The position numbers and the translations under genes were made by a program. Shown piece after piece: positions 49,644 to 59,000 of a stretch of DNA of 64,000 nt. Source of the DNA: an uncultured bacterium (GTDB lineage Bacteria; Krumholzibacteriota; Krumholzibacteriia; Krumholzibacteriales; Krumholzibacteriaceae); NCBI GenBank assembly GCA_963786935.1, contig CAWBAN010000005.1:96001-160000 (forward strand), given 5' to 3'. Position 1 is the stretch's first letter. Each line of letters begins with the position of its first letter. A model generated the notes under the pieces. The model made no database searches. It was not told where the DNA came from and saw only the letters and a list, made by a program, of their open reading frames with translations.

Positions 49644-52600
49644 ACGTCATCCGGATATTCGTCAAACGCCCCGTGCTCACGACGATGATCGTCGTGGGAT
49701 TCGTCGTGCTCGGTCTCTATTCCTACGGCCGCATGGTCACCGAGCTCATGCCGAGCATCGAGTTTCCGTTCATCATCGTGACGACGGTGTATCCCGGCGC
49801 CGCCCCCGGCGAGGTGGAGAGCCAGATCACGAAGAAGATCGAGGACGCCGTCTCGACGATCGCCAACGTGAAGGACCTGACGTCCTACTCGCAGGAGAAC
49901 CTCTCGCAGGTCTTCATCGAGTTCGAGCTCGAGACCGACGTCGATCTCGACGCGATCGACGTCAAGGACAAGATCGACGCGATACAGGCGAATCTTCCCG
50001 AGAACGCCGAGAAATCGGTCATCAGCAAGTTCGATTTCTCCGCGTACCCGATCATCGAGCTCGCCATCGCGGCGCCGCGTCCCCTCGAGGAGATCTACCG
50101 GGTGGCGGACAAGGTCGTGAAAGACCGGCTGAGCCGCATCAACGGCGTCGCCTCGGTCGACATCACGGGGAAACGTCAGCGCGAGATCCGCGTCGAGATC
50201 TCCCCGCAGAAGCTCCGCGCCTACGGGCTGAGCCTCATGGACGTCGCCGCCGCCATCGCGGCGGACAACCTGAATATCCCCGCCGGCCATATCACCCGCG
50301 GCGCGCGGGAGATCACGCTCCGCATGACGGGGGAGATCGGCTCGCCGCGCGAGCTCGGCGATCTCCGCCTGCCGCTCCGTTCGGGGCGCACGGTGCCTCT
50401 GTCGGAGGTGGCGAAGATCGTGGACGGCACGGAGGAGCTCCGGGAGTCTTCGACCTATAACGGGGAGCCGGTGATCGGAGTCTCCATCAACAAGCGCTCC
50501 GACGGCAACACCGTCCTCGTGGCCCGCGATGTGTACCAGGCGCTCGACGAGCTCAAGAAGACGATCGACAAGGACATCACGATCACGATCACGAACGACA
50601 ACGCGCCGTTCGTGCGCGCTTCGGTGAGCGACGTGCTCTCGAACGTCATGATCGGCATCCTGCTCACCGCGCTGCTGCTTCTCCTCTTCCTGCACAACTG
50701 GCAGCAGACGGTCGTCGCGGCCCTCTCGATGCCCATCTCGGTCATCGCGACCTTTCTCCTCATGGATCAGGCGGGCTTCTCGCTGAACGTGATGTCGCTC
50801 CTGGCGCTCGGCATCTCGATCGGGACGCTCGTGACGAACTCGATCGTGATCATCGAGAACATCACCCGTTTCGTGCATCTCGGGATGGATCCCGAGGAGG
50901 CCGCCGTCAAGGGGACGGCCGAGGTCGCCGTCGCGGTCGCCGCCTCGACCCTCACGAACATCGTCGTCTTCACGCCGATCGCGTTCATGAGCGGGATCAT
51001 CGGGCGCTTCTTCCTCCAGTTCGGCCTCACCGTCGTGTACGCGACGATCTTCTCGGTCGTCGTGAGCTATACGATCGTGCCGATGCTCGCGGCGCGTCTC
51101 ATCAAGCCGCAGGCCTCCGACCGCGATCCGCATGCGCTGGGATTCTGGGCGCGGATCGGGGAGCGGTGGGACAAGTTCTACGACGATCGCGCGCGGGGCT
51201 ATCGCGGCGTCCTCGAACGGATTCTCGGACGCCGCCGCGTGTGGATTCTGGCCACGGCCGTGATCTTCGTCGGCTCGCTCACGCTCTTCCGCTTCGTCGG
51301 CGGGGAATTCATGCCCCGCATCGATCAGAACATCGTCATCGTTTCGATGAATCTGCCGCCGGGGACAAGCCTCGAGCGGACGAGGGAGGTTTCCGAGGGG
51401 GTCGCGGACATTCTCCGGAAGCACGCCGAGGTCGAAGGGGTGCTCGTCAAGGTCGGCGGCGGCCAGCGGAGCGTCGAGGACGCGGCCATCACGGCGAAGC
51501 TCGTCGACCGCTCGAAACGCGGTATGCACGTGACCGAGTTCCTCAACGTGCTGCGTCCCGAGCTCGCCGGCATCCCGGACGCCGAGATCATGATCACGTC
51601 CGAGGGGGGCGCGACCGGGAGCGGCGAGTCCGATTTCGTCATCGACGTGCTCTCGTCCGATCAGAAGGCGCTCGAGACGGTCGGCGATTCGGTGTTCCAG
51701 ATTCTTCACCGCGTGCCGGGGCTCGTCGAGATCGAAACGAGCCGCAAGGCCGGGAAGCCTCAGTTCGCCGTCGTGCCGAAACGCCATCAGGCCGCCGAGC
51801 GGGGCCTGAACGCGGCCGCGATCGGGAGCCTCATGCGCGCCGCGTACGAGGGGGTCGAGGCGGGGGTTTACCGCGAGAGCGGCGAGGAGTACGACGTCAA
51901 GGTCAAGTACGCCGAGTCGCACCGCCGGGATCCGTTCATCATCAAGGATATGCCGCTCCCGGCGCGCGACGGAGCGGCCGTGCCGCTCTCCGACGTCGGC
52001 ACGGTGAACGCGGGATTCGGCGAATCACAGATCATGCGCAAGGACAAGGAACGCATGATCGAGCTCACGGCGAACATCGCCACGGGCTCCCTGAGCGAGG
52101 CGCGCGCGGCGTTCGACCGCGAGCTCGAGAAGATCGTCGTGCCGCCGAGCGTCCTCGTGAAGCACGGAGGGATGTCCGAGGTGCAGGACGAATCGTTCCG
52201 GTCGATTTTCACGGCGCTCGTCCTCGCGATCGTGCTGCTGTACGTCGTGATGGCGGCGATGATGGAGAGCTTCGTGCATCCGGTCACGATCATGCTCACC
52301 CTGCCGCTCGCGCTCATCGGGGTCGCCATGGCGCTGTTCCTCTCGGGGCAGACGATCAACATCTTCTCGCTCATGTCGGTCGTCATGCTCACCGGCATCG
52401 TGGTGAACAACGCCATTCTCATGCTCGATTACACCTCGCAGCTCAGGAACCGGGGGATGAAGATCAAGGAGGCGCTCCTCGAGGCGTGCTCCACGCGCCT
52501 TCGACCGATCGTCATGGCGAACCTCGCGATCGTCGTCGGCATGATTCCCCAGATCTTCGGGGGATCCGAGGGCTCGGAGCTCAGGACTCCCATGGCGATC

Positions 52601-52720
52601 GTCCAGATCGGGGGGGTAGTCGTCTCGGCGCTGCTGACCCTGTTCATAATTCCGATCGCGTACACATATCTCGACAGATTGACCGTTCGCGGCCGCAAGG
52701 AGCATCGGGAATCGCGCTGA
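49640..52720 (+). CDS. RND-family efflux permease
   Basis: 1026 aa; FVKRPV, YPGAAPGEVE, GIVVNNAILMLD, RLRPIVM. Confidence 0.95.
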   Translation: MNVIRIFVKRPVLTTMIVVGFVVLGLYSYGRMVTELMPSIEFPFIIVTTVYPGAAPGEVESQITKKIEDAVSTIANVKDLTSYSQENLSQVFIEFELETDVDLDAIDVKDKIDAIQANLPENAEKSVISKFDFSAYPIIELAIAAPRPLEEIYRVADKVVKDRLSRINGVASVDITGKRQREIRVEISPQKLRAYGLSLMDVAAAIAADNLNIPAGHITRGAREITLRMTGEIGSPRELGDLRLPLRSGRTVPLSEVAKIVDGTEELRESSTYNGEPVIGVSINKRSDGNTVLVARDVYQALDELKKTIDKDITITITNDNAPFVRASVSDVLSNVMIGILLTALLLLLFLHNWQQTVVAALSMPISVIATFLLMDQAGFSLNVMSLLALGISIGTLVTNSIVIIENITRFVHLGMDPEEAAVKGTAEVAVAVAASTLTNIVVFTPIAFMSGIIGRFFLQFGLTVVYATIFSVVVSYTIVPMLAARLIKPQASDRDPHALGFWARIGERWDKFYDDRARGYRGVLERILGRRRVWILATAVIFVGSLTLFRFVGGEFMPRIDQNIVIVSMNLPPGTSLERTREVSEGVADILRKHAEVEGVLVKVGGGQRSVEDAAITAKLVDRSKRGMHVTEFLNVLRPELAGIPDAEIMITSEGGATGSGESDFVIDVLSSDQKALETVGDSVFQILHRVPGLVEIETSRKAGKPQFAVVPKRHQAAERGLNAAAIGSLMRAAYEGVEAGVYRESGEEYDVKVKYAESHRRDPFIIKDMPLPARDGAAVPLSDVGTVNAGFGESQIMRKDKERMIELTANIATGSLSEARAAFDRELEKIVVPPSVLVKHGGMSEVQDESFRSIFTALVLAIVLLYVVMAAMMESFVHPVTIMLTLPLALIGVAMALFLSGQTINIFSLMSVVMLTGIVVNNAILMLDYTSQLRNRGMKIKEALLEACSTRLRPIVMANLAIVVGMIPQIFGGSEGSELRTPMAIVQIGGVVVSALLTLFIIPIAYTYLDRLTVRGRKEHRESR

Positions 52721-52839
52721 CGACCCCTGCTTTGGCCGCCGATAACCTGTTTTAATAAAATGAGTTATGGCCGACCGTGTCGTCTCCGGCCCTGCCGCCC
52801 GCCCGCCTCGGCGTTCCCCGGCAAACTCCGTATTTAATG

Positions 52840-52869
52840 TTGACATAAGCCGCTATGGTGTGATAGAAT
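52840..52869 (+). promoter_or_regulatory. Near-consensus sigma-70 promoter for the secreted-protein cluster
   Basis: TTGACA-18 bp-TAGAAT with an extended -10 TG. Confidence 0.7.
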
Positions 52870-52996
52870 AATGATTGTCGAGTAAGTGATGGTATCTCCA
52901 ACACTCAGGAGTGCGGAAGGAGGTTCAGGTTACCCCCGTAGTATTTTTCTCACTCAGTCCCCGAACCTTTGATAGAAGGTTTAGGAGGTTAAAGAG

Positions 52997-53665
52997 ATGT
53001 TCAAAGGAAAAGTGGTTGCTTTCGCTTTGATGCTCGTTATCGCAACCTCCGTCTACGCCGGCGACGTCGACGACTGCAGGAGCACCGCGGGGATCACCGG
53101 GTGCGCCTCTATGAAGTTGACGATCTGCCCGGCTGGAGACTTCGAGTTCATTCGCGATGCGTGCGGAACGGGAATCACTGCTTACATCTGGGTCACGGCT
53201 CGTGACGCCAGCAACAATCCGATCCCGGGTATTCCCTGGACGGATTACTGGCTAAATTCCTGCAACGCAGCGAAGCAGCTTGCTCTCTGCTCGAGCCCGA
53301 TCGGCGCCGACTCCCTCACCGGAGCCAACGGCACGACGACGTTCTCGGGCCGCATCGCGGCTGGCGGTTGCACGCTTACGCAGGGTGTCTGGTGGGCCAT
53401 TCAGGGCAAGATCCTGAAGGGCGTCTATCCGGACTGCACCAACAACGTTTGCCTTAGCATCATCGTAAAGAGCCCGGACCTTACCGGTGCCGGCGGCAAT
53501 CCGGACGGCGTCATCAACCTGTCCGACCTGGTTCCCTTCGGCTCGAGCTACAACAAGAACCTTGGTCAGGCCGGCTTCAACGCCTGCTGCGATTACAACG
53601 ATGACGACAAGTGCAACCTGAGCGACTTCGCGTTCTTCGGGACGCACTATCAGCACCGCTGCTAG
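52997..53665 (+). CDS. Secreted Cys-rich protein with a C-terminal dockerin-like duplicated Ca-binding motif
   Basis: AGGAGGT RBS; signal peptide; 13 Cys; SPDL...DGVINLSD...CDYNDDDKCNLSDF resembles the two dockerin loops. Confidence 0.8.
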   Translation: MFKGKVVAFALMLVIATSVYAGDVDDCRSTAGITGCASMKLTICPAGDFEFIRDACGTGITAYIWVTARDASNNPIPGIPWTDYWLNSCNAAKQLALCSSPIGADSLTGANGTTTFSGRIAAGGCTLTQGVWWAIQGKILKGVYPDCTNNVCLSIIVKSPDLTGAGGNPDGVINLSDLVPFGSSYNKNLGQAGFNACCDYNDDDKCNLSDFAFFGTHYQHRC

Positions 53666-53773
53666 TTCGGCTGTCGCTGATCAGCTTCCGGGAGACGTAT
53701 GCAACGTAGGGCTACACAGAAGGAAGTTGGTTTCAGAGGTGCGATCTATTTTCTCGCCATAGGATGAGGGTTT

Positions 53774-53808
53774 GTGGCTGGATGGACGGAAACGTTTCAT
53801 CCAGCCAC
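53774..53808 (+). other. Strong intergenic stem-loop with a GAAA tetraloop and no U tract
   Basis: GTGGCTGGATGGACG-GAAA-CGTTTCATCCAGCCAC. Confidence 0.7.
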
Positions 53809-53866
53809 CCTGAATCCCGTGAAGTGAAGTAGTGTGAGTGTTCGTAGTACGTGAGAGGAGGCCACA

Positions 53867-54436
53867 ATGAAGAAGGCGTTGCTAATTGCTGCTGCGGTTA
53901 TGTTCATCGCCAGCGCCGCGTCCGCTGTCCTTCCGCCGGTCGGCTATATCGGCATTTTCGCGGACGGCACGCACAACACTGATCCGGCCGCCAACTACGC
54001 TTGCCCGGCTATGTACGGACAGTGCCAGGGCTGGATTTGGTGCTTGCCCGATGTGAATGGTCTGCAGGCGGCCGAGTTCGCGGTCAGCCTTCCGCCGACC
54101 ATGGTTCAGCTCGCGTCCGTGAAGAATCCGATCATCGCCGTCGAGCTCGGTTCGCTCGCGGGCGGCATCAGCGTCGCGTTCGCCGAGGGCTCGTGCCAGG
54201 CGGATTGGACATGGCTGTATCAGCTGACCTACATGGTTCTGGCCGCGGTTCCCCAGAAGGTCGAGATCGTTCCGCATCCGGGGACGCTGCCCGTGCCGGC
54301 GTATCAGTTCGCGACCTGCCAGGCCGGCTACCCGATCGTGCCCTGTCTCTACTTGACGCCTCTGTATGTTTGCTTCACCCCGAGCCCCCTCGGCGTCGAG
54401 CAGACCAACTGGGGAGCGATCAAGAGCCTGTTCTAA
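53867..54436 (+). CDS. Secreted beta-sandwich protein with C-terminal TNWGAIKSLF tail (paralog 1)
   Basis: AGGAGG RBS; signal peptide; homologous to the next two ORFs. Confidence 0.85.
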   Translation: MKKALLIAAAVMFIASAASAVLPPVGYIGIFADGTHNTDPAANYACPAMYGQCQGWIWCLPDVNGLQAAEFAVSLPPTMVQLASVKNPIIAVELGSLAGGISVAFAEGSCQADWTWLYQLTYMVLAAVPQKVEIVPHPGTLPVPAYQFATCQAGYPIVPCLYLTPLYVCFTPSPLGVEQTNWGAIKSLF

Positions 54437-54493
54437 TCGCTGCAGCGCTAGGGCGACCTGATTTTTGTCAGTGAAGCTTCGTAGCGAACAGGA

Positions 54494-54528
54494 GGGGGTT
54501 CTCTGAGAAGCAGAGAACCCCCGTTTAT
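54494..54528 (+). terminator. Intergenic stem-loop or weak terminator
   Basis: GGGGGTTCTCTG-AGAAG-CAGAGAACCCCC followed by GTTTAT. Confidence 0.65.
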
Positions 54529-54627
54529 AAAGAGGAGGTGAAGTCAGAAAGACAAGGAAAGCAATCGCTCAATTTGCCGGACAACACGCAGCAACGTGGG
54601 TTTGCACGATAGTAGGAGGACTTTCAG

Positions 54628-55176
54628 ATGAAGAAAGCGATGCTTCTCGTAGTGGCGATCATGCTCGTGGCCACCTCGGCCTTCGCCGGCCCCAAGGCTT
54701 ACATTGGTATTTGGGCCGACGCGGCTCATTCGGTGTGCAGCGTTTCCCCGCCGCAGTACGGCCAGACCCCGGCCTACATTTTCATTCTGCCCTCAAGCGC
54801 CGGCCTTCAGGCCGCCGAATTCAAAGTCGCGCTGCCCGCGACGCTCGTTCAGCTCGCTTCCGTGAAGAACCCGGGCATCACCGTCGAGCTCGGCTCGCTC
54901 CCGAACGGTATCAGCATTGCGTTCGGCGAGGGCCAGTGCCAGATGGATTGGACTTGGATATACAACCTGACGATCATGGTCCTCGCCACGGTGCCCACCG
55001 TGGTCGAGATCAGCCCGCATCCGGGAACGCTCCCGGCGCCGGCGTATCAGGTTGCGACCTGCGAGCCCGGTTATCCCATTATGCCCGCCACCAAATTGAC
55101 GAGCCTCTATTTCTATCAGCCGTGCGTTATCGGCACCGAGGACACCAACTGGGGAGCGATCAAGAGCCTGTTCTAA
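54628..55176 (+). CDS. Secreted beta-sandwich protein with C-terminal TNWGAIKSLF tail (paralog 2)
   Basis: AGGAGG RBS; signal peptide; shares GLQAAEF, QLASVKNP, VELGSL and PHPGTLP with paralog 1. Confidence 0.85.
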   Translation: MKKAMLLVVAIMLVATSAFAGPKAYIGIWADAAHSVCSVSPPQYGQTPAYIFILPSSAGLQAAEFKVALPATLVQLASVKNPGITVELGSLPNGISIAFGEGQCQMDWTWIYNLTIMVLATVPTVVEISPHPGTLPAPAYQVATCEPGYPIMPATKLTSLYFYQPCVIGTEDTNWGAIKSLF

Positions 55177-55274
55177 GAGCTTTCCTCACACTCGGTGGTT
55201 TGTGAGAACGATGGGGATCCGCGAGGGTCCCCATCGCCGTCTACAAGGGCTATGCAACGAGGCGGATCTGCACT

Positions 55275-55859
55275 ATGAAACAACTGCTGACGGCTGTTCT
55301 TATATTCGTGGGCCTTTCGGGCCGGGCGGAGGCGCAGCTTCCGCAGCGAGGGACCGTTTCGCTCCACGCCGACGGGGCCCGCGCGTACAGCTCGTATTGC
55401 GCGATTCCGTGGGGCTTCTCCGTGGCGAAGGCCGAGATGTGGGTATGGTGCCAGCCCGGAGAGAACGGTCTCCAGGGCGTCGCATGCGCCGTTTCCTACC
55501 CCTCCAACGTTATCAGCGACCGGATAGTATACAGCGGCGACCTCGCGGTGAGGCAGGGGACTCTCTCCGGAGGGCTTTCGGCGTCGTTCGGGACCTGTCA
55601 GTGGAGCTGGTGCTGGATCGCGCATCAGACGCTCTACGTGACTTCCCTCCAGCAGACGTCGCTCGAGGTCGCGCCCCATCCGGCGGCGGGCGTCTTTCAA
55701 TTCTTCACCTGCGGCGCGGGCAATCCCGCGGAACCCTGCCTGAAGGGAACGAGCCTCTCGCTGAACGCTCCTTACTTGCCGTGCCTCATGCCCGAGACGG
55801 CGATCGGCGCCGCCGACGCGACGTGGGGAGCCGTGAAGGCCCTTTTCGAAGAGCGTTGA
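55275..55859 (+). CDS. Secreted beta-sandwich protein with C-terminal TWGAVKALF tail (paralog 3)
   Basis: Signal peptide; W.WC.P..NGLQ, G.L.GG.S..F..CQ..W.W and E..PHP motifs shared with paralogs 1 and 2. Confidence 0.8.
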   Translation: MKQLLTAVLIFVGLSGRAEAQLPQRGTVSLHADGARAYSSYCAIPWGFSVAKAEMWVWCQPGENGLQGVACAVSYPSNVISDRIVYSGDLAVRQGTLSGGLSASFGTCQWSWCWIAHQTLYVTSLQQTSLEVAPHPAAGVFQFFTCGAGNPAEPCLKGTSLSLNAPYLPCLMPETAIGAADATWGAVKALFEER

Positions 55860-56008
55860 ACGGAGCGCGGGGAGCCCGACTTCGGGGGGATCGTCTTTTT
55901 CGCTTGTTTTTTCCCCCGCGGGGAAATAGCTTTCAGTAGCGGGTCATCGGTATTGTGCTGCCCCTTGGTCCTCGGACGACACCACCCCTGGAGACGAGGT
56001 GAAACCCT

Positions 56009-59000
56009 TTGAGAAAGCCTGATCGCAACCGGCTCATATGCGGTCTCGCGGCGGCTCTCGGCGTGCTCGCAGCGCTTGCGGGCGGAGCCGGGGCCCGCGA
56101 GGAAGGCGCGCGTCTCGTATCGTCGTCGTCCGGCGCCGTGGCGTTCGAGGTGAGCGTTCCGGCGCCCGTTCTCGTTCCCGGGCCCGGCGGCACGGTCAGA
56201 GTGGTCCTCGAGGGATATGGCACCTTCTCTCCGCCGGGAGCCGTGGAGCTGCCGGGCACGACCTTCCGCGTCGCGGTCCCGTCGGGCGGCGAGCCGCGCG
56301 TCTCCTGGACCGTGCTCGAGGAAGAGCCTCTCGGGTCGCTGATTCTCGCCCGCGTGGCGGGGGAGCGCCTCATCGAGGGCGCAAACGGCGTTCCGTCCTC
56401 GGAGCAGTACTATCCTCCCGATCCGTGGGCCGCGGGCGGAGCCCCTTCGCTCGTCGAGGTCAGGCGGCCGTCGTTCATGGGGCGGCAGCGGGTGCTTCCG
56501 ATCCGGGTGAATCCGCTCATCCTCGAAGGGGGGGGCGCGCGTCTCATCCGCAAGCTCTCGGTGACGGTGAGCTTCGGGGCGTCGCCCGCGCCCGCCGGGG
56601 CGGACGCCTTCGGGGAGGCTCCCCTCTCCGGCGCGTGGAAACGGCTCTACGGCGAGCTGCTCGTCAATCCCGACGATGCCGAGCGGCTCCGGAAACCGCT
56701 CGACCGCACGCCCCGGCTCTCGGCCGCGGCGGAGGCCGGCAAGAGGCTCAAGCTCCGCATTCCGGAAACGGGTGTCTATTATATGCGCGCCGATTCTCTC
56801 ATCGCGGCCGGGCTCTCGACGGGGCTCGCGACGGGCGAGCTCGCGCTCAGGAAATATTACTACGACGAAACGCAGCCCGGTTTCGAGAGGACCGTCGAGG
56901 CGCCGGTCTTCGTCGTCGAGGACGCGGGCGGCGCCCCGGGCGTTTTCGACGGAGGCGACCGCCTCTTTTTCTATGCGCTCGGCCTCAAGGACGACGCCGA
57001 CGCGCTCGACACGAACGCTCTCTTCGCCGCCGACAACGTCCTGTGGCTCGAGGAGGAGGTCGCCGGGGCGATCATGCCGCTCATCCCGCCCGGCCCGCCG
57101 GGCGCCACCGATACGGTGCGCCAATTCACCGCGACGATGAAATACCGCACGGACACCTGGTACATGAAGAACGCCGTTCCGGGGACGTTCGATTTCTACT
57201 ACGCGACGAAACCGCTCGCCAGAGACGCGGCGCTGCCGTTCACGCTGAATCATCCCGCTTCCACGGGCACGTTCTCCATAACCATTCGGTTGCAGGGGAA
57301 CGATCCGTCGTCCGCGTCGCACACCGTCTCGTTCAGCGTCAGGAACTCGACGGGAACGCACCTCCTCGGCTCGGGAGGCTTCTTTTCCAAGGAGGCGCGG
57401 ACCTACACCTACACGGGGCTCTCCGTTTCCTGGCTCGTCGACGGCCAGAACGAGCTCGTCATCGCCTGCAACGCCGACTACATGTATCTCGTCAACGATT
57501 TCACCGTCACCTATGCGGCAGGTTTCTTCGCGAGCGGCGACGCGCTCGAATTCGCCGTGAATCCGCTCGTCGACTATGCCGTGATCCCGATTTCGGGCTT
57601 CACGACGAACAGCGGCTTTCTCGTCGATATCACGAATCCGCGAAGCCCGTCGTACCGCGCGCTCGGGTCCTCCGATTTTTCTCCCGCGGACGGCGGCTAC
57701 CGGCTCGCCGTCACCGTCGGCGAGTCGATGACGGCGCGCCGGTTCGTCGCAATCGCCGGCGGCGGCGCGAACCGTCTCGCCGTGCGCTCCGTTTCGACGG
57801 ACGCGCCCTCGAACCTCCGCGAGACCGCCGGATCGTTCCAGGCGCTCGTCATCTCGCACCGCGACTTCATGACGACGCTGAGCACCGAGTACGCGGTGTG
57901 GCGCCGGAGCCAGGGCTATCGCGTGCTGCTGGCCGACGTCGAGGACGTCTTCGACGAGTTCAACGGCGGTCTGCCGCACGCGGACGCGATCAAGCGGTTC
58001 GTCAAATACGGTTTCGACCATTGGGGCGTGGAGCACGTGCTCCTCGTCGGGGACGCGAGCGAGGACCATAAGCGGGTCCTGTACGGACCGGATCCCGCCA
58101 CGCAGGGCTCTCCGCCCGATTACGTCCCGTCGTTCACCTATTCGACGAGCGTGAGCGGCTCGTACGACGACGAGGTCATCTACTCCGACCGGTACTACGC
58201 GTTTCTCGACGAGACGGTGCCCGTCAACGCGGGGGCGGCGCCCGCACCGATGCTCCCCGGCGGCTACCCCGACGTCTTCATCGGGAGGCTTCCCGTCGGG
58301 AGGGACGTCGAGCTGCGGGCCATCATCTACAAGATGAAACGCATGGAGACTCCGGAGACGGACGACGCATGGCGCCGCCGCCTCGTCCTCTTCTCCGACG
58401 ACGAGTGGTCCGGCCGGGGAAACGACTACATGTATCACGCGTACGAGGGCGAGTTCGAATGGAGCACGGACACCTGCGCGGCCTACGTGGAACGCTCGCT
58501 CCCCGGCGGATTCGACATCGAGCGGCTCCACCTGCGTCTCTACACCGATCCGATCCACCCGGACGAATCCGAGCGCGGCCCGGCCGTCCTGACCAAGGCC
58601 ACGAACGAGACGCGGAGAACGTTCACTCCCGCGCTCAACCGGGAGCTCAACAAGGGATGCCTCTGGTATATGTTCCAGGGGCACGGGAACCGCGCCGTCC
58701 TCACGACCGAGTCGGCCTACTCGCTCGGATGGTACATGGACCCCGACAGCCTGCGCACCTACACGCCGTTCATCTTCGTCGGCGTCGGCTGCCACATCAG
58801 CGATTTCGCGATCAGGGCGGAGTACAACACCTTCGGCGAAACGGGACCGAACGGCGACTGCATGAGCGAACAGCTGCTCTTCAAGTCCGGGGCGGGCGCC
58901 GTCGCGACGTACGCGAGTGCCGGCTTCGAGTATCTCAGCCAGAACGCGGTGCTCGTCGAGCAGCTGCACAGGACGATATTCCAGGCGCCGCCGGCCGATT

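Noticed and set aside
54404..55176. 33-nt direct repeat as an att site or DGR template/variable repeat
   Set aside because: It coincides exactly with coding tails of paralogs, shows no adenine-specific differences, and there is no integrase or reverse transcriptase in the window.
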